Numbered from the stretch's first letter, positions 38,347 through 50,216 are shown. The stretch: 64,000 nt of DNA from an uncultured Chromatiales bacterium (GCA_964635845.1 CAZWNO010000004.1:821-64820); one strand, 5' to 3'. Notes: a model not told the origin generated them from the letters alone. A program made the numbers and translations.

Positions 38347-39783
38347 GTGAGCATGATGTTTCGAGAAGAATACATGACGGGAATCCCCATCACTACCACC
38401 GCGGTGCGACCGGATACAGCGCATCCGAATACAGCGCGACCGGATACAGCGCGACCGGATACAGCGCCTCCGGATACGGTGCATCCGAATACGGCGCATC
38501 CGAATTCGGTGCGACCGGATTCAGCGCATACGGATACGGTGCGGACACAGCGCCCTGCGTCCACCGCCCTTGCACCGGACGCCGAGAGCCAACGCGACGG
38601 CGGGCGCGCTGTGTCGGAAGAACCGCTGCCGGTGACCTATTCGCTGCGGGCGGGGGCAGCGGATTCCGACGCGTATTACAGGGACATTTCCCGGCTCGCC
38701 GACACCGTGCTGCTCTCCTGGAACCGTGAAACCGGCACGCTGCGCGAGCGCTACATGGCCTGGCTGCGCGAAAGCCGTTACGAGCCGCTGCGGGACGAGC
38801 GGGAATACACGTTCGACATTCTCACGCTCGGAGTGATGTGGCGCACGTACGGCGCCCGTGTACGCCGCACACCCGCGGCTGCCGCGCTGGTCTGTTCCGC
38901 GCTGCATGCGCTCCATCGCCGTTTCCCGCGTCTCAAGCCCTCGGTCGATCCCCTGCGTGGCAAGCTGGCGTCGCGCTTCCTGGCGGGGAATGGAATGCCG
39001 GACGAGACCCTCGACATGCCGTCGCAGCGCGACCTCGAGCAGCTCCTGCGCTGGATGAACGCCACCGGCGAGTACCGGGAAGAGACGGCGCGGCTGCGGG
39101 GGCTCGTCATGTTCCTCCGCTTCTGCGATCCTGACGAGCGCGGCTGGCATCTCGGCCATGTCCTGGGCATCAGCGGAGAATTCGAATCGCTTGCGGAAAC
39201 GCGGCTCGCGCGCTACACCGAAGGCGTCGCGCGTTTCCACCGGGAAAAGCTTCCAGACTACCGGGGCAGGGAGGACGCGCTGCTCGCCGGACGCAAGCGC
39301 ATCGAATATCACCTTTCCATGCTCGGTGCCGAGCTGATGAACCGGGCGTTCCGCGATGAGTACGAGAAAACCCAAACGCGCGCCGTGCTGCTCCCGGCCT
39401 GCATGCGCGGCAGCGCCGCCGGCGGCTGCCGGGCGAGGAAGAACGACCTCGATCTCGACTGCACGCAGTGCACGCGCGACTGCCGCGTCGGTCAGCTCAC
39501 CCGCGAGTACGCGGCGCAGGGGATCGGCACGCACATCATCCCGCATTCGTCCGACTTCACGCGCTGGCTCCGTGACTGGGCTGCAGGACGCGACATCGGC
39601 GTGATCGGCGTCGCCTGTGTGCTGCATCTGATCACCGGGGGATTGGAACTTCGCGCGCTCGGCATTCCCGCGCAGTGCGTGCTTCTCGACTTCTGCGGCT
39701 GCAGCGGTCACTGGGATCCCGCCGGCAGGCAGACCGAACTCAATCAGGAACAGCTGCGCGCCTCGGCCCGGCTGCACAGCTAG
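38347..39783 (+). CDS. Cys-rich hypothetical protein, possibly DUF116-like, with N-terminal PDTAx pentapeptide tandem repeats
   Basis: LLPACMRG..GGC..DCTQCTRDC..IIPHS..GVIGVACVLHLITGG..LDFCGCSGHW cysteine pattern. 15-bp coding tandem repeat 38400..38540. Family assignment is from memory only. Confidence 0.4.
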   Translation: MSMMFREEYMTGIPITTTAVRPDTAHPNTARPDTARPDTAPPDTVHPNTAHPNSVRPDSAHTDTVRTQRPASTALAPDAESQRDGGRAVSEEPLPVTYSLRAGAADSDAYYRDISRLADTVLLSWNRETGTLRERYMAWLRESRYEPLRDEREYTFDILTLGVMWRTYGARVRRTPAAAALVCSALHALHRRFPRLKPSVDPLRGKLASRFLAGNGMPDETLDMPSQRDLEQLLRWMNATGEYREETARLRGLVMFLRFCDPDERGWHLGHVLGISGEFESLAETRLARYTEGVARFHREKLPDYRGREDALLAGRKRIEYHLSMLGAELMNRAFRDEYEKTQTRAVLLPACMRGSAAGGCRARKNDLDLDCTQCTRDCRVGQLTREYAAQGIGTHIIPHSSDFTRWLRDWAAGRDIGVIGVACVLHLITGGLELRALGIPAQCVLLDFCGCSGHWDPAGRQTELNQEQLRASARLHS

Positions 39784-39832
39784 GCCAAGCAGCGCGGCCG
39801 GGCAGCGCGGCCGGGCAGCGCGGCCGAGCATA
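39784..39832. repeat. Tandem repeat, 15-bp unit cagcgcggccgggca, about 3 copies, directly after the stop codon
   Basis: Direct reading. Confidence 0.8.
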
Positions 39833-40141
39833 GCGGCTGAGCAGCGCTGTTCCAACCGATCCGGACCTCCGCAAACGACGCCGCCAAATCCCGTAACCGC
39901 CACCTCCGGACCTCCGCAACCGACGCCTCCGGACCCGCCTCCCCGGGACAAACCGGAATTGCGCGGGGTATTGATTTCTCTGTTTCTATTCAGTATGTTT
40001 GATATCGACCCGCCATGCAAGATTTGCCAACGGGCAATTTCCAAGCGGTTGCACGAGCAACCCATCGATTCTTGATACTGTGCCACTATCTGGAATTTGA
40101 TGATTTTCAATTGATTTGGCACTCAGTATCAGGAGTTCGGA

Positions 40142-40438
40142 ATGAACATCTACGTAGGCAACCTCGCTTATGGTATCCGCGAAGAAGAGCTGCGCTCGGT
40201 CTTCGAAAACCATGGCGCAGTCGATTCCGTCAAGGTCATCATGGATCGCGACACCGGTCGCTCCAAGGGTTTCGCGTTCGTCGAAATGCCGAATGATGCG
40301 GAAGCGAAAGCGGCCATCGAGCAGCTCAATGGCGTGGAACTGCAGGATCGCAGTATCACGGTCAATGAAGCGAAGCCGCGCGAAACGCGTTCGAACCATG
40401 GTGGCGGCGGTGGTGGCTACCGTGGAAATCGCTGGTAA
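40142..40438 (+). CDS. Glycine-rich RNA-binding protein with one RRM
   Basis: RNP-2 IYVGNL and RNP-1 KGFAFVEM. Gly-rich tail GGGGGGYRGNRW. A long ~180-nt upstream leader. Confidence 0.85.
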   Translation: MNIYVGNLAYGIREEELRSVFENHGAVDSVKVIMDRDTGRSKGFAFVEMPNDAEAKAAIEQLNGVELQDRSITVNEAKPRETRSNHGGGGGGYRGNRW

Positions 40439-40463
40439 GAGAAATCTGCACCACATGAATATG

Positions 40464-40497
40464 AAAAGGCGTCCCGGTTAACGGGACGCCTTTTTCA
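40464..40497 (+). terminator. Rho-independent terminator
   Basis: Perfect hairpin ggcgtcccg-gttaa-cgggacgcc followed by ttttt. Confidence 0.8.
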
Positions 40498-40589
40498 CAT
40501 GCTCGCTGCATCGTTCCCGCGAAGGGGTGGAGGATGCGCGATCCTGCTCGGGGGTTCTTCCCGTCCCGGCAATCCTCAGCGGGCTGCGA

Positions 40590-40660
40590 TTGAAAAAAAA
40601 TATTTCTCCTTGATTGCATATATCGGATATAACCAATTATATTTATCCGATATACGATCC
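40590..40660 (+). promoter_or_regulatory. AT-rich promoter/operator region of the arg operon with two palindromic TATCSGATA sites
   Basis: tatcggata at 40621..40629 and tatccgata at 40645..40653 (mutual reverse complements, 24 bp apart). ttgatt -35-like at 40610. A GC trough in an otherwise 65% GC genome. Confidence 0.4.
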
Positions 40661-40895
40661 ACATACCTGACCGCAATGACTCATTTCCGTTTCCACGGAC
40701 AACGCTGCATTCCTGCCCGCCTCCGCAGCCGCGCGTTCCAGCGACGATACGGCGACCACGCCTGCGCCATCATGCGACGATGCGTCATTTCTGATCCCCT
40801 GAAAAAATCGGAATCACATCCTCCGCCGGCGCGTGCGATACGTGCCGGCGGCATTTGATACTCACGTTTCCCGTGAATTGTGCAAAGGACACAGC

Positions 40896-41627
40896 ATGCT
40901 GGTGAGTTTCTCCGTAGAAATCGGTTGTGCGGCCCATGCGGAATGGGCCGGAACCATCTGTCGGTCCATCGAGGAGGCGGCGCGCGCGCGCGGAACGGGC
41001 ATCGCGCGGCGCAGTCCGGAGTACATCGTCGAAAAGCTGAGGGAGGGGAAAGCCGTCATCGCGTTCGCGCGGGTCGACGAATCCTCCGCTCCGGATTTCG
41101 CAGGATTCTGCTATATCGAATCCTGGGGAGGGAAGAAGTATGTCGCCAATTCGGGACTGATCGTGCGTCCCGAGTACCGGCACAGCGGGCTCGCCCGCGA
41201 CATCAAGCGCCGCGCTTTTGAACTCTCGCGCGAGAAGTATCCGGCGGCCAAGCTGTTCGGCATCACGACCAGCCATGCGGTGATGAAGATCAACACGGAC
41301 CTCGGCTATGTTCCCGTTCCGTTCAGCGAGCTGACCGACGACGAGGAGTTCTGGGCCGGCTGTCGGAGTTGTCCCAATCACGATATCCTCCTGCGCACGC
41401 AGCACAGGATGTGCCTCTGCACCGGCATGCTCTGCGATCCGGAGGATCCCCGCACGCGCATGCGGGAAGCGATCCACCGTCACCTCGTCACCATCTCGCT
41501 CCCCGAGAATGGAGCGGAAGAACGGCACCCGCCACGCATCGGCGAAGGGCATATCACGGCTGAAGTGGAACACGTCACAACTGAAGTGGAACACAGCACG
41601 TTTGAAAACGAGGTGATCGATGCCTGA
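40896..41627 (+). CDS. GNAT family acetyltransferase, first gene of the arg operon (candidate N-acyl-glutamate synthase)
   Basis: RPEYRHSGLARDIKRRAFEL is a GNAT motif A-like segment. Sits immediately upstream of argG. An alternative start is 40833. Confidence 0.5.
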   Translation: MLVSFSVEIGCAAHAEWAGTICRSIEEAARARGTGIARRSPEYIVEKLREGKAVIAFARVDESSAPDFAGFCYIESWGGKKYVANSGLIVRPEYRHSGLARDIKRRAFELSREKYPAAKLFGITTSHAVMKINTDLGYVPVPFSELTDDEEFWAGCRSCPNHDILLRTQHRMCLCTGMLCDPEDPRTRMREAIHRHLVTISLPENGAEERHPPRIGEGHITAEVEHVTTEVEHSTFENEVIDA

Positions 41628-42820
41628 AAGGAAAATCGCGGTGCTCGCCTTCAGCGGCGGACTCGACACGACTTACTGCGCGCTGCATCTGGCGAAGGAT
41701 CTGGGGTACGAGGTGCACGCGGTCACCGTGAACACGGGCGGCTTCGACGATGCGGCGCTGCGGGAGATCGAATCCCGCGCACGCGCGCTCGGCGCCGCGC
41801 GGCATGTCACGCTCAACCGGACGCAGGATTTTTACGATCGCTGCGTGCGCTTTCTCGTGTATGGCAATGTCCTGCGCGGCAATGTCTATCCGCTTTCGGT
41901 GAGCGCCGAACGGGTATTCCAGGCCGAGGCCATCGCGCGGTACGCCCGGGAAAGCAATGCCGACGCAGTCGCGCACGGATCGACCGGCGCGGGGAACGAT
42001 CAGGTGCGTTTCGACACGGTGTTCAACATCCTCCTGCCCGGCGTCCGGATCATCACACCGATCCGTGATCATGCGCTGTCGCGGGAGGAAGAGATCGCGC
42101 GGCTCCGGGAGCACGGCGTGGAGATGGACTGGAGCAGGGCCGCATACTCGATCAACAGGGGACTCTGGGGTACGTCTGTCGGCGGTCGCGAAACGCTGAC
42201 ATCGGGACAGCCGCTCCCCGAGGGGGCCTGGCCCACTCCCTGCACGAAGACGGACAGCGAGGAGATCGAACTGCAGTTCATCCGCGGTGAATTGAAAGGT
42301 GTGAACGGCGAACCGTACGCATCACCGATCGATGCGATCCGCGCGGTGGAGCGAATCGCTTCCGCCTACGCCGTGGGACGAGGGATGCATGTCGGCGACA
42401 CGATCATCGGATTGAAAGGACGCGTCGGCTTCGAAGCGGCGGCTCCCCATCTCATCATCGCCGCGCATCGCCTGCTGGAGAAGCACACGCTGACGAGGCA
42501 GCAGCAGCTGCTCAAGGACCAGCTGGCCCTGACCTACGGATCGCTCGTGCACGAGTCGCAGTTTCTCGATCCCGCGGCGCGCGACATCGAACGGTTTTTC
42601 GAAAGCACGCAGACGACGGTCAACGGAGTGGTGCGCGTACTGCTGGCGCCGTACCGCTTCGAACTGCTTGGCCTGCGGTCGGAGAACGATCTGATGGCAG
42701 GACGCTTCGGCGCCTACGGCGAAATGAGCACACTGTGGTCCGGTGAGGACGTGCGCGGATTCTCGCGCATCTATTCCAACAACCTGATGATGTACTTCGC
42801 CGTGAACGGGGAGGGGCAGG

Positions 42821-42828
<8 letters not shown>
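41620..42828 (+). CDS. argG: Argininosuccinate synthase
   Basis: AFSGGLDTTYC (PP-loop), AHGSTGAGNDQVRF. Confidence 0.9.
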
Positions 42829-43795
<967 letters not shown>

Positions 43796-43804
43796 GGAAA
43801 GACC

Positions 43805-44980
43805 ATGGTGCTTTTCGACGTGTATCCGCGGTATGACATCGAACTCGTTCGCGGCGAGGACGTCTGGGTGTGGGACGCCGCGGGCACGCGGTATCTCGAC
43901 GCGTACGGAGGCCATGCGGTGATATCCATCGGACACGCGCATCCGCATTTCACCGGGCGCGTCGCGGAACAGCTGCGCCTGCTGCCGTTTTACAGCAACG
44001 CGTTCCGGAACACACTGCAGGAGGAATACGCGCGGCAGCTGGGGACGTCCTGCGGATATCCGGAATACCAGCTCTTTTTATGCAATTCAGGGGCCGAGGC
44101 CAACGAGAATGCGCTCAAGCTGGCGTCGTTTCACACCGGGCGCGGAGCCGTGCTCGCATTTCGCGGCGCGTTCCACGGACGCACGTCCGGCGCCGTCGCG
44201 GTCACGGATAATTCCTCGATCCGCGCGCGCTTCAACGAGAGTCATGCGGTCGTGTTCGCGCCGCTCAACGACATCGGCGCGCTGCGGGAAGCATTCGCGC
44301 ATCACCAATTCGCCGCCGCGATCATCGAAGGCATCCAGGGCGTCGCCGGCATCAGGGAAGCGGAGGATCACTTCCTCCGCGAGCTGCGCGCGTTGTGCAC
44401 CGCGCAGGGCAGCGTGCTGATCCTGGACGAGGTGCAGTCGGGATTCGGACGCAGCGGACGGTTTTTCGCCCATCAGCAATCCGGCGTCGCGGCAGACATC
44501 GTCACGATGGCGAAGGGCATGGGCAACGGGTTCCCCGTTGCGGGACTGCTGATCGCACCGGAGCTGCGCCCGAAGCACGGTCTGCTCGGGACGACCTTCG
44601 GCGGCGGACATCTGGCGTGCGCGGCGGCGCTGGCCGTCGTCGAAGTGCTGCGGCGGCAATCCCTGCAGCAGAATGCGGCGGAAACCGGCGCATGGCTGCG
44701 GCAGCGGCTCGCCGCAATCGAAGGCATCGCCGAAGTGCGCGGCCGTGGATTGATGCTGGGCTTCGATACCGATACTCCCGCGAAGGAACTGCGCCTGCGG
44801 CTGCTGCATGATCACGGGGTGCTTGCGGGCGGCGGTGGCGGTCCGTCCACGGTGCGGCTGCTGCCCCCGCTGACGCTCGACATCGAACGGGCTGCAATGA
44901 TTGCCGATGCGGTGGAAGCGGCGCTGCAAGGCCTGCATGAACGTCCGGTCACAACGCACACACAAGGAAACGCGGCATGA
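43805..44980 (+). CDS. argD: Acetyl(succinyl)ornithine aminotransferase, class III PLP aminotransferase
   Basis: LILDEVQSGFGRSGRFFA. TMAKGMGNGFPV carries the PLP lysine. Confidence 0.85.
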   Translation: MVLFDVYPRYDIELVRGEDVWVWDAAGTRYLDAYGGHAVISIGHAHPHFTGRVAEQLRLLPFYSNAFRNTLQEEYARQLGTSCGYPEYQLFLCNSGAEANENALKLASFHTGRGAVLAFRGAFHGRTSGAVAVTDNSSIRARFNESHAVVFAPLNDIGALREAFAHHQFAAAIIEGIQGVAGIREAEDHFLRELRALCTAQGSVLILDEVQSGFGRSGRFFAHQQSGVAADIVTMAKGMGNGFPVAGLLIAPELRPKHGLLGTTFGGGHLACAAALAVVEVLRRQSLQQNAAETGAWLRQRLAAIEGIAEVRGRGLMLGFDTDTPAKELRLRLLHDHGVLAGGGGGPSTVRLLPPLTLDIERAAMIADAVEAALQGLHERPVTTHTQGNAA

Positions 44981-45924
44981 AAAAGTTTTTATCCGTTCAC
45001 GACGCAGGGGATCTCGCGGGGCTGATCGCCGAGGCGCGGGCGCACAAGGCCGATCCCTTTGCATGCGAGCAGCTCGGGCGCCGGCGCACGCTCGGACTGG
45101 TCTTCTTCAACGCCAGCCTGCGCACGCGGCTCAGCACGCAGCGTGCGGCGCAGAATCTCGGCATGAACGTGATTGTGCTCAACACGGGCCAGGATGCCTG
45201 GCAGCTCGAGTTCGCCGACAGCACGATGATGGACGGCGGCAGTGCCGAACACATCCGCGAAGCGGCGGGCGTGCTGGGCGAGTACTGTGACATCATCGGC
45301 GTGCGCGCGTTTCCCGCGCTGAAGGATCGCGAAGCCGACGAACGCGAAGAGGTGATCTCGGCCTTCGTCCGGTTCAGCGGCAGGCCGGTGCTGAGCCTCG
45401 AATCCACCACGCGCCATCCCCTGCAGTCCCTCGCGGATTGTGTCACGGTGGACGAACTGTGTCCCGTCGCTCGCCCGAAAGTGGTGCTCACCTGGGCGCC
45501 GCACCCGCGCGCGCTTCCGCAGGCCGTGCCGAATTCCTTCGTCGAATGGATGCGCGCGATGGACGTGAACCTCGTCGTGTCGCACCCGCTGGGGTACGAG
45601 CTGTCGCCGGCATTCATGAAGGACACGGTGGTGGAGTACGACCAGTCCGCGGCCTTCGAAGGCGCGCATTTCATCTATGCGAAAAACTGGTCCAGCTATC
45701 GCGAGTATGGACAGATCCTCCGGAACGACGCGGAGTGGATGGTCACTGCGGGCAAAATGGCGGCCACGGCGGATGCGAAATTCATGCACTGCCTGCCGGT
45801 GCGGCGGAATATCGTCGTGGAGGATGCCGTGCTCGACGGTCCCTCCTCGGTCGTGCTGCGGCAGGCGGGTAACCGCATCTGGTCCGCGCAGGCGGTGCTG
45901 CGGCGCATGCTGGAGGCGCTGTAG
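44977..45924 (+). CDS. argF': N-acyl-L-ornithine carbamoyltransferase (AOTCase/SOTCase type ArgF'), not a classical OTCase
   Basis: The carbamoyl-phosphate motif is SLRTR (FNASLRTRLS) rather than STRTR. HCLP motif FMHCLPVRR. Collinear with Bacteroides/Xanthomonas ArgF'. Confidence 0.75.
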   Translation: MKKFLSVHDAGDLAGLIAEARAHKADPFACEQLGRRRTLGLVFFNASLRTRLSTQRAAQNLGMNVIVLNTGQDAWQLEFADSTMMDGGSAEHIREAAGVLGEYCDIIGVRAFPALKDREADEREEVISAFVRFSGRPVLSLESTTRHPLQSLADCVTVDELCPVARPKVVLTWAPHPRALPQAVPNSFVEWMRAMDVNLVVSHPLGYELSPAFMKDTVVEYDQSAAFEGAHFIYAKNWSSYREYGQILRNDAEWMVTAGKMAATADAKFMHCLPVRRNIVVEDAVLDGPSSVVLRQAGNRIWSAQAVLRRMLEAL

Positions 45925-45927
45925 CGT

Positions 45928-46713
45928 ATGAGCGCGCACACCGCGACCGTCGTCAAGTTCGGCGGACGCCTGCTCGAGGATGCGGGCCGCCGTCGCACGG
46001 CACTCGAAGGGTTTTCCTGCCTGTCCGGTCCGCGCGTGCTCGTGCACGGCGGGGGACAGGCCGCGAGCGCGCTTGGCGAACGGCTCGGTGTCGCGCCGCG
46101 CATCGTCGATGGAAGAAGAATAACGGACCGGGAAACCCTTGATATCGTCACCATGGTGTACGGCGGACTGGTGAACCGGTCGATCGTGGCGGAACTGCAG
46201 GCGCTTCGCTGCAACGCCTGCGGCGTCGCGGGAGCCGATTACGACATGCTGCGCGCCGGGCGGCGGCCCGTGCGCGAGATCGATTACGGCCATGTCGGAG
46301 ACATCACGCGCGTCAACGCGGATGTGTTGCAGAGGCTGCTGGAGCAGGGGATCGTTCCGGTGATCGCTCCCCTGACGCACGACGGAGCCGGCGGACTGCT
46401 GAACACCAATGCCGATACCATCGCCGCGGCCGTGGCCGCGACGCTCTCCGCATCGCTGGCGGTCACGCTCGTGTACTGCTTCGATCGCCCGGGCGTGAGC
46501 GGAGAGGGAGGCAGGACGCTCGATCGGATCACCCCGGATACGGCAGGGGAACTGCGGGCGCGCGGAGTTATCTCGTCCGGCATGCTGCCGAAGCTGGAAT
46601 CCGCTTTCTCGGCGAAGCGCGCCGGTGCCGCGCGTGTCATGCTCTGCGGCATCGGGCAGCTCGTGCCGGCCGCGGAGGGACATAAGGATGCAGGAACGGA
46701 GGTCTGCCTGTGA
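45928..46713 (+). CDS. argB: Acetylglutamate kinase
   Basis: VVKFGGRLL, LVHGGG, and amino acid kinase family blocks. Confidence 0.85.
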   Translation: MSAHTATVVKFGGRLLEDAGRRRTALEGFSCLSGPRVLVHGGGQAASALGERLGVAPRIVDGRRITDRETLDIVTMVYGGLVNRSIVAELQALRCNACGVAGADYDMLRAGRRPVREIDYGHVGDITRVNADVLQRLLEQGIVPVIAPLTHDGAGGLLNTNADTIAAAVAATLSASLAVTLVYCFDRPGVSGEGGRTLDRITPDTAGELRARGVISSGMLPKLESAFSAKRAGAARVMLCGIGQLVPAAEGHKDAGTEVCL

Positions 46714-47774
46714 GCACGCTCTCCGAGGCGATCGCGCTGCTGGCCGATCTGATCCGCACGCCCTCGTTCAGCCGCGAGGAACAGGCGACCGCGGATCTGC
46801 TGGCGCAGTGGCTTCAGGCGCGCGGCGCGACCGTGCATCGGAAGGGGAACAATCTCTGGACATTCGGAAAGGCATTCGACGCGGAGGCGCCGACCGTCAT
46901 GCTCTGTTCGCATCATGACACGGTACGTCCCGTGGCGTCGTGGCAGCGCGATCCCTTCGATCCGCTCATCGTGGACGGACGAATCGTCGGACTGGGCAGC
47001 AATGATGCGGGCGGCTGCGTTGCAGCGCTCTGCGGCACGTTCCTCTCACTGCATGAACGCCGGGATCTTCCTTTCAACCTGCTGCTCGTACTCAGCGCCG
47101 AGGAGGAAATCGCGGGCGATGGCGGCGTGGCGAGCGTGATGGACGAGGTCGGTCCTGTCGAACTCGCGATCATCGGCGAACCGACGGAGATGCAGCTGGC
47201 TGTCGCGGAGAAAGGCCTGCTCGTTCTGGACTGCGTCGCGCACGGCATCGCCGGACATGCGGCGCGTTCGACCGGCGTCAACGCCATCAGTGTCGCGATG
47301 CGCGACATCGACTGGATCGAACGGTATTCCTTTCCGCTGCAATCGGCGCGGCTGGGCCAGGTGAAGATGACCGTCACCCAGATCGAAGCGGGGACGCAGC
47401 ACAATGTCGTTCCGGACCGCTGCCGCTTCGTGGTCGATGTGCGCGTCACCGAGCGCTACACGCACGAGGAAATCCTCGCGACGCTGCGGGAGCATCTGCA
47501 CTCGGATGTACAGCCACGCTCCATGCGGCTGCGTCCTTCCGCGATACCTGACAATCATCCCATCGTGCAGGCGGCCGCGGGGATGGGACTCGCGTGCTTC
47601 GGTTCGCCGACCATGTCGGATCAGGCGCTGCTCAGTGTCCCCTCGGTGAAAATCGGACCCGGGCGCTCGGAGCGCTCGCACACCGCCGGGGAATTCATCA
47701 CCCTCGAGGAACTCGAACACGGACTGCGGATCTATCACGAACTCATTCAACGATATGCGGAGCTGCGGAGATGA
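46710..47774 (+). CDS. argE: M20-family deacylase (ArgE/DapE-like: acetyl- or succinyl-ornithine deacylase)
   Basis: CSHHDTV..GSNDAGG metal-binding motifs. ATGA-type overlaps with its neighbours. Confidence 0.7.
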   Translation: MSTLSEAIALLADLIRTPSFSREEQATADLLAQWLQARGATVHRKGNNLWTFGKAFDAEAPTVMLCSHHDTVRPVASWQRDPFDPLIVDGRIVGLGSNDAGGCVAALCGTFLSLHERRDLPFNLLLVLSAEEEIAGDGGVASVMDEVGPVELAIIGEPTEMQLAVAEKGLLVLDCVAHGIAGHAARSTGVNAISVAMRDIDWIERYSFPLQSARLGQVKMTVTQIEAGTQHNVVPDRCRFVVDVRVTERYTHEEILATLREHLHSDVQPRSMRLRPSAIPDNHPIVQAAAGMGLACFGSPTMSDQALLSVPSVKIGPGRSERSHTAGEFITLEELEHGLRIYHELIQRYAELRR

Positions 47775-49114
47775 AACTCTGGGATAAGGGCGGCAAGACC
47801 GACGAAAGGATCCATCGCTTCACCGTGGGCCGCGATCCTGCATTCGATCTGCAGCTCGCCGAATACGACGTGCTCGGTTCCCTGGCCCACGCACGCATGC
47901 TTCAGGAGTGCGGAATACTGAGCGGCGAAGTGTGGCGCGCCGTCGAAGCCGGGCTGCAGTCCATCTACCGCGCGATCGCGGACGGGACCTTCGTCATCGA
48001 GGACGGGATCGAGGATGTGCATTCGCAGATCGAGCTGCTGCTCACGCGCGGCGCGGGCGAGGCGGGGAAGAGCATCCATGCCGCGCGCTCGCGCAACGAT
48101 CAGGTGCTGCTCGACCTGAAGCTGTATCTCCGCGATCGCATACGCGACATCGTCGGCGAGGTCGCCCTGCTGGCCGGCGAGCTGCTCGACCGCAGCGACC
48201 GCCACGCGGCGGTCATGCTGCCCGGGTACACGCACGGACAGGCGGCGATGCCGTCGTCGTTCGGCCTGTGGTTCGCCGCGCATGCCGAGAGTCTCGCGGA
48301 GGACCTCATCCCGCTCCATGCGGCGTACCGTATCGCCGACCGCAATCCTCTCGGATCCGCGGCGGGATATGGATCCTCGTTCCCGATCGACCGCGACCGC
48401 ACGACCGCGCTGCTCGGCTTCGAGGCGATGCATGTGAATGCGATCGATGCGCAGCTGAGCCGCGGAAAGACCGAGCGCATCGCGGCGCAGGGCTTATCCT
48501 CCGTGGCGGCATCGCTCGCGCGCTTCGCCGCCGATGTGTGCATGTATGTCTCGGGAAACCATGGATTTCTCCGTCTCCGCGAGGAAATCACGACGGGATC
48601 GAGCATCATGCCGCACAAGCGCAATCCCGACGTCTTCGAACTGATCCGCGCGCGCTGCAACCGCATACAGGCCGTGCCGGGCGACATCGCGATGAGCATG
48701 ATCAATCTCCCATCGGGATACCATCGCGACCTGCAGATCATCAAGGAACTGCTGTTCCCCGCCATTGAGGAACTGCGCGACTGCCTGCGCATCGCGCGCC
48801 ACGCCCTCGCGTTCCTCGAAGTGACGGAGGGATTGCTCGACGATCCGCGCTATCGGGACATCTTCAGCGTCGACGCCATCCAGCAGTGCATGGCCGGCGG
48901 AATGACATTCCGCGATGCGTACCGCGAAGTCGCGGCGAGTCTGCAGGATGGAAGCTTCACGATTCCGGAGTCGCCGGGGTCCACCCATCAGGGCAGTCCG
49001 GGCTATCTCTGCAACGACCGCATCCGCGCGATGCTTTCGGATGAGGTCGCCCGATTCCCCTTCGCACGCCGCGACGAGGCCTTCCGTACGCTGCTGACGC
49101 CAGCCACCTGCTGA
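47771..49114 (+). CDS. argH: Argininosuccinate lyase
   Basis: GSSIMPHKRNPD fumarase/lyase signature. Start at MKLWDKGGK overlaps the argE stop. Confidence 0.9.
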   Translation: MKLWDKGGKTDERIHRFTVGRDPAFDLQLAEYDVLGSLAHARMLQECGILSGEVWRAVEAGLQSIYRAIADGTFVIEDGIEDVHSQIELLLTRGAGEAGKSIHAARSRNDQVLLDLKLYLRDRIRDIVGEVALLAGELLDRSDRHAAVMLPGYTHGQAAMPSSFGLWFAAHAESLAEDLIPLHAAYRIADRNPLGSAAGYGSSFPIDRDRTTALLGFEAMHVNAIDAQLSRGKTERIAAQGLSSVAASLARFAADVCMYVSGNHGFLRLREEITTGSSIMPHKRNPDVFELIRARCNRIQAVPGDIAMSMINLPSGYHRDLQIIKELLFPAIEELRDCLRIARHALAFLEVTEGLLDDPRYRDIFSVDAIQQCMAGGMTFRDAYREVAASLQDGSFTIPESPGSTHQGSPGYLCNDRIRAMLSDEVARFPFARRDEAFRTLLTPATC

Positions 49115-49180
49115 TGCCTCGCACCTGCCGATGCCTCGCACCTGCTGATGCCTGGCGTCTGCTGATGTCTGGCGCCTGGA
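49100..49180. repeat. Tandem repeat, ~17-bp unit cacctgcYgatgcctcg, about 4.5 copies, overlapping and following the argH stop
   Basis: Direct reading. Confidence 0.8.
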
Positions 49181-49348
49181 TGGTCGCGAGTCATGTGCCG
49201 CCATAGCCTGCGCGGTGACAGGGAACCCGACCTCGCCCATCGAGAGCGGATATTTGGGAAAATTCGGATATTGCGTCGGAACAACGGCAATCACTTCAGG
49301 TATACCGATGCTGGGCTGTTGCTTTCGCATTTCACTTTCGAGGATTGC

Positions 49349-49837
49349 ATGCGGCGATTCATTCACACACTGACCCTGCTGTTCTTCATCGCTTCGACCG
49401 GGTGGAGCCAGACATACAGCGGCATCATCACCGGCGAGTATGTCCGCCGCCACTTCAAGCTCAAGGCTGGCGAGGTGGTGAAATTCGAGGAGTTCAAGAC
49501 GAAGACTTTTCCGACCGCCACCGTGGTCTGGGGAAAACCCGACAGGGGCGACGAGATGCGCATCAAGGCCGGGGTGGCGCCGGCGGGCAGCAAGTTGATG
49601 GTGGTCTTCACCGAGATCAAGTCGGAAAAGGAATTCGACCGCGTGCTCGGAACCTACAAGGACGGAGAGCCGGTCAAGGGAGTCGGCCGCAAAGCCGTCT
49701 GGTCGGAGAAGTGGAAGCAGCTGACCGTGCTGCTCTCGCCCAGACTCCTGATTCATGTGCATCTCGATAACCCCGGCACGACGAACCTGAAAGCTTCGCT
49801 CGTCGCCGTGGCGAGGGACATCGACAGGAAGCTCTGA
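49349..49837 (+). CDS. Small secreted hypothetical protein
   Basis: Signal peptide MRRFIHTLTLLFFIASTGWSQ. No recognised motifs. Confidence 0.5.
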   Translation: MRRFIHTLTLLFFIASTGWSQTYSGIITGEYVRRHFKLKAGEVVKFEEFKTKTFPTATVVWGKPDRGDEMRIKAGVAPAGSKLMVVFTEIKSEKEFDRVLGTYKDGEPVKGVGRKAVWSEKWKQLTVLLSPRLLIHVHLDNPGTTNLKASLVAVARDIDRKL

Positions 49838-50216
49838 TCCCGGCTTCTCGCCGGCGGACAGGTCCGGAGCCGGCGCATGATTCTCCTCGATTGACGGGTC
49901 CAAACTCTTGATATTCTGAAACTTTGCATGTAGTTTTCACGCGCACCCATCGGACGACCTCCAAATGGAAAATAAGATCGTCCGCCCCATCCTCGCCTGA
50001 ATCAACACGCACCTTCGCCGCCTCGCTTCCGGGGCCGATACGCACATCCGGAACAGATCCATTTCTCGAGGATCGCTTCCCTCGGTGTCCATTCGCCATG
50101 GACTGAGCAGCATGTACCGGGCAGATCCGCTGCCCGCCGTATCCGTGATCCACACCCGCCATTTCCGGAGTAATTTTATGGACAATATCCTCAATCCGCC
50201 GTATCGCAGTGAAGCG

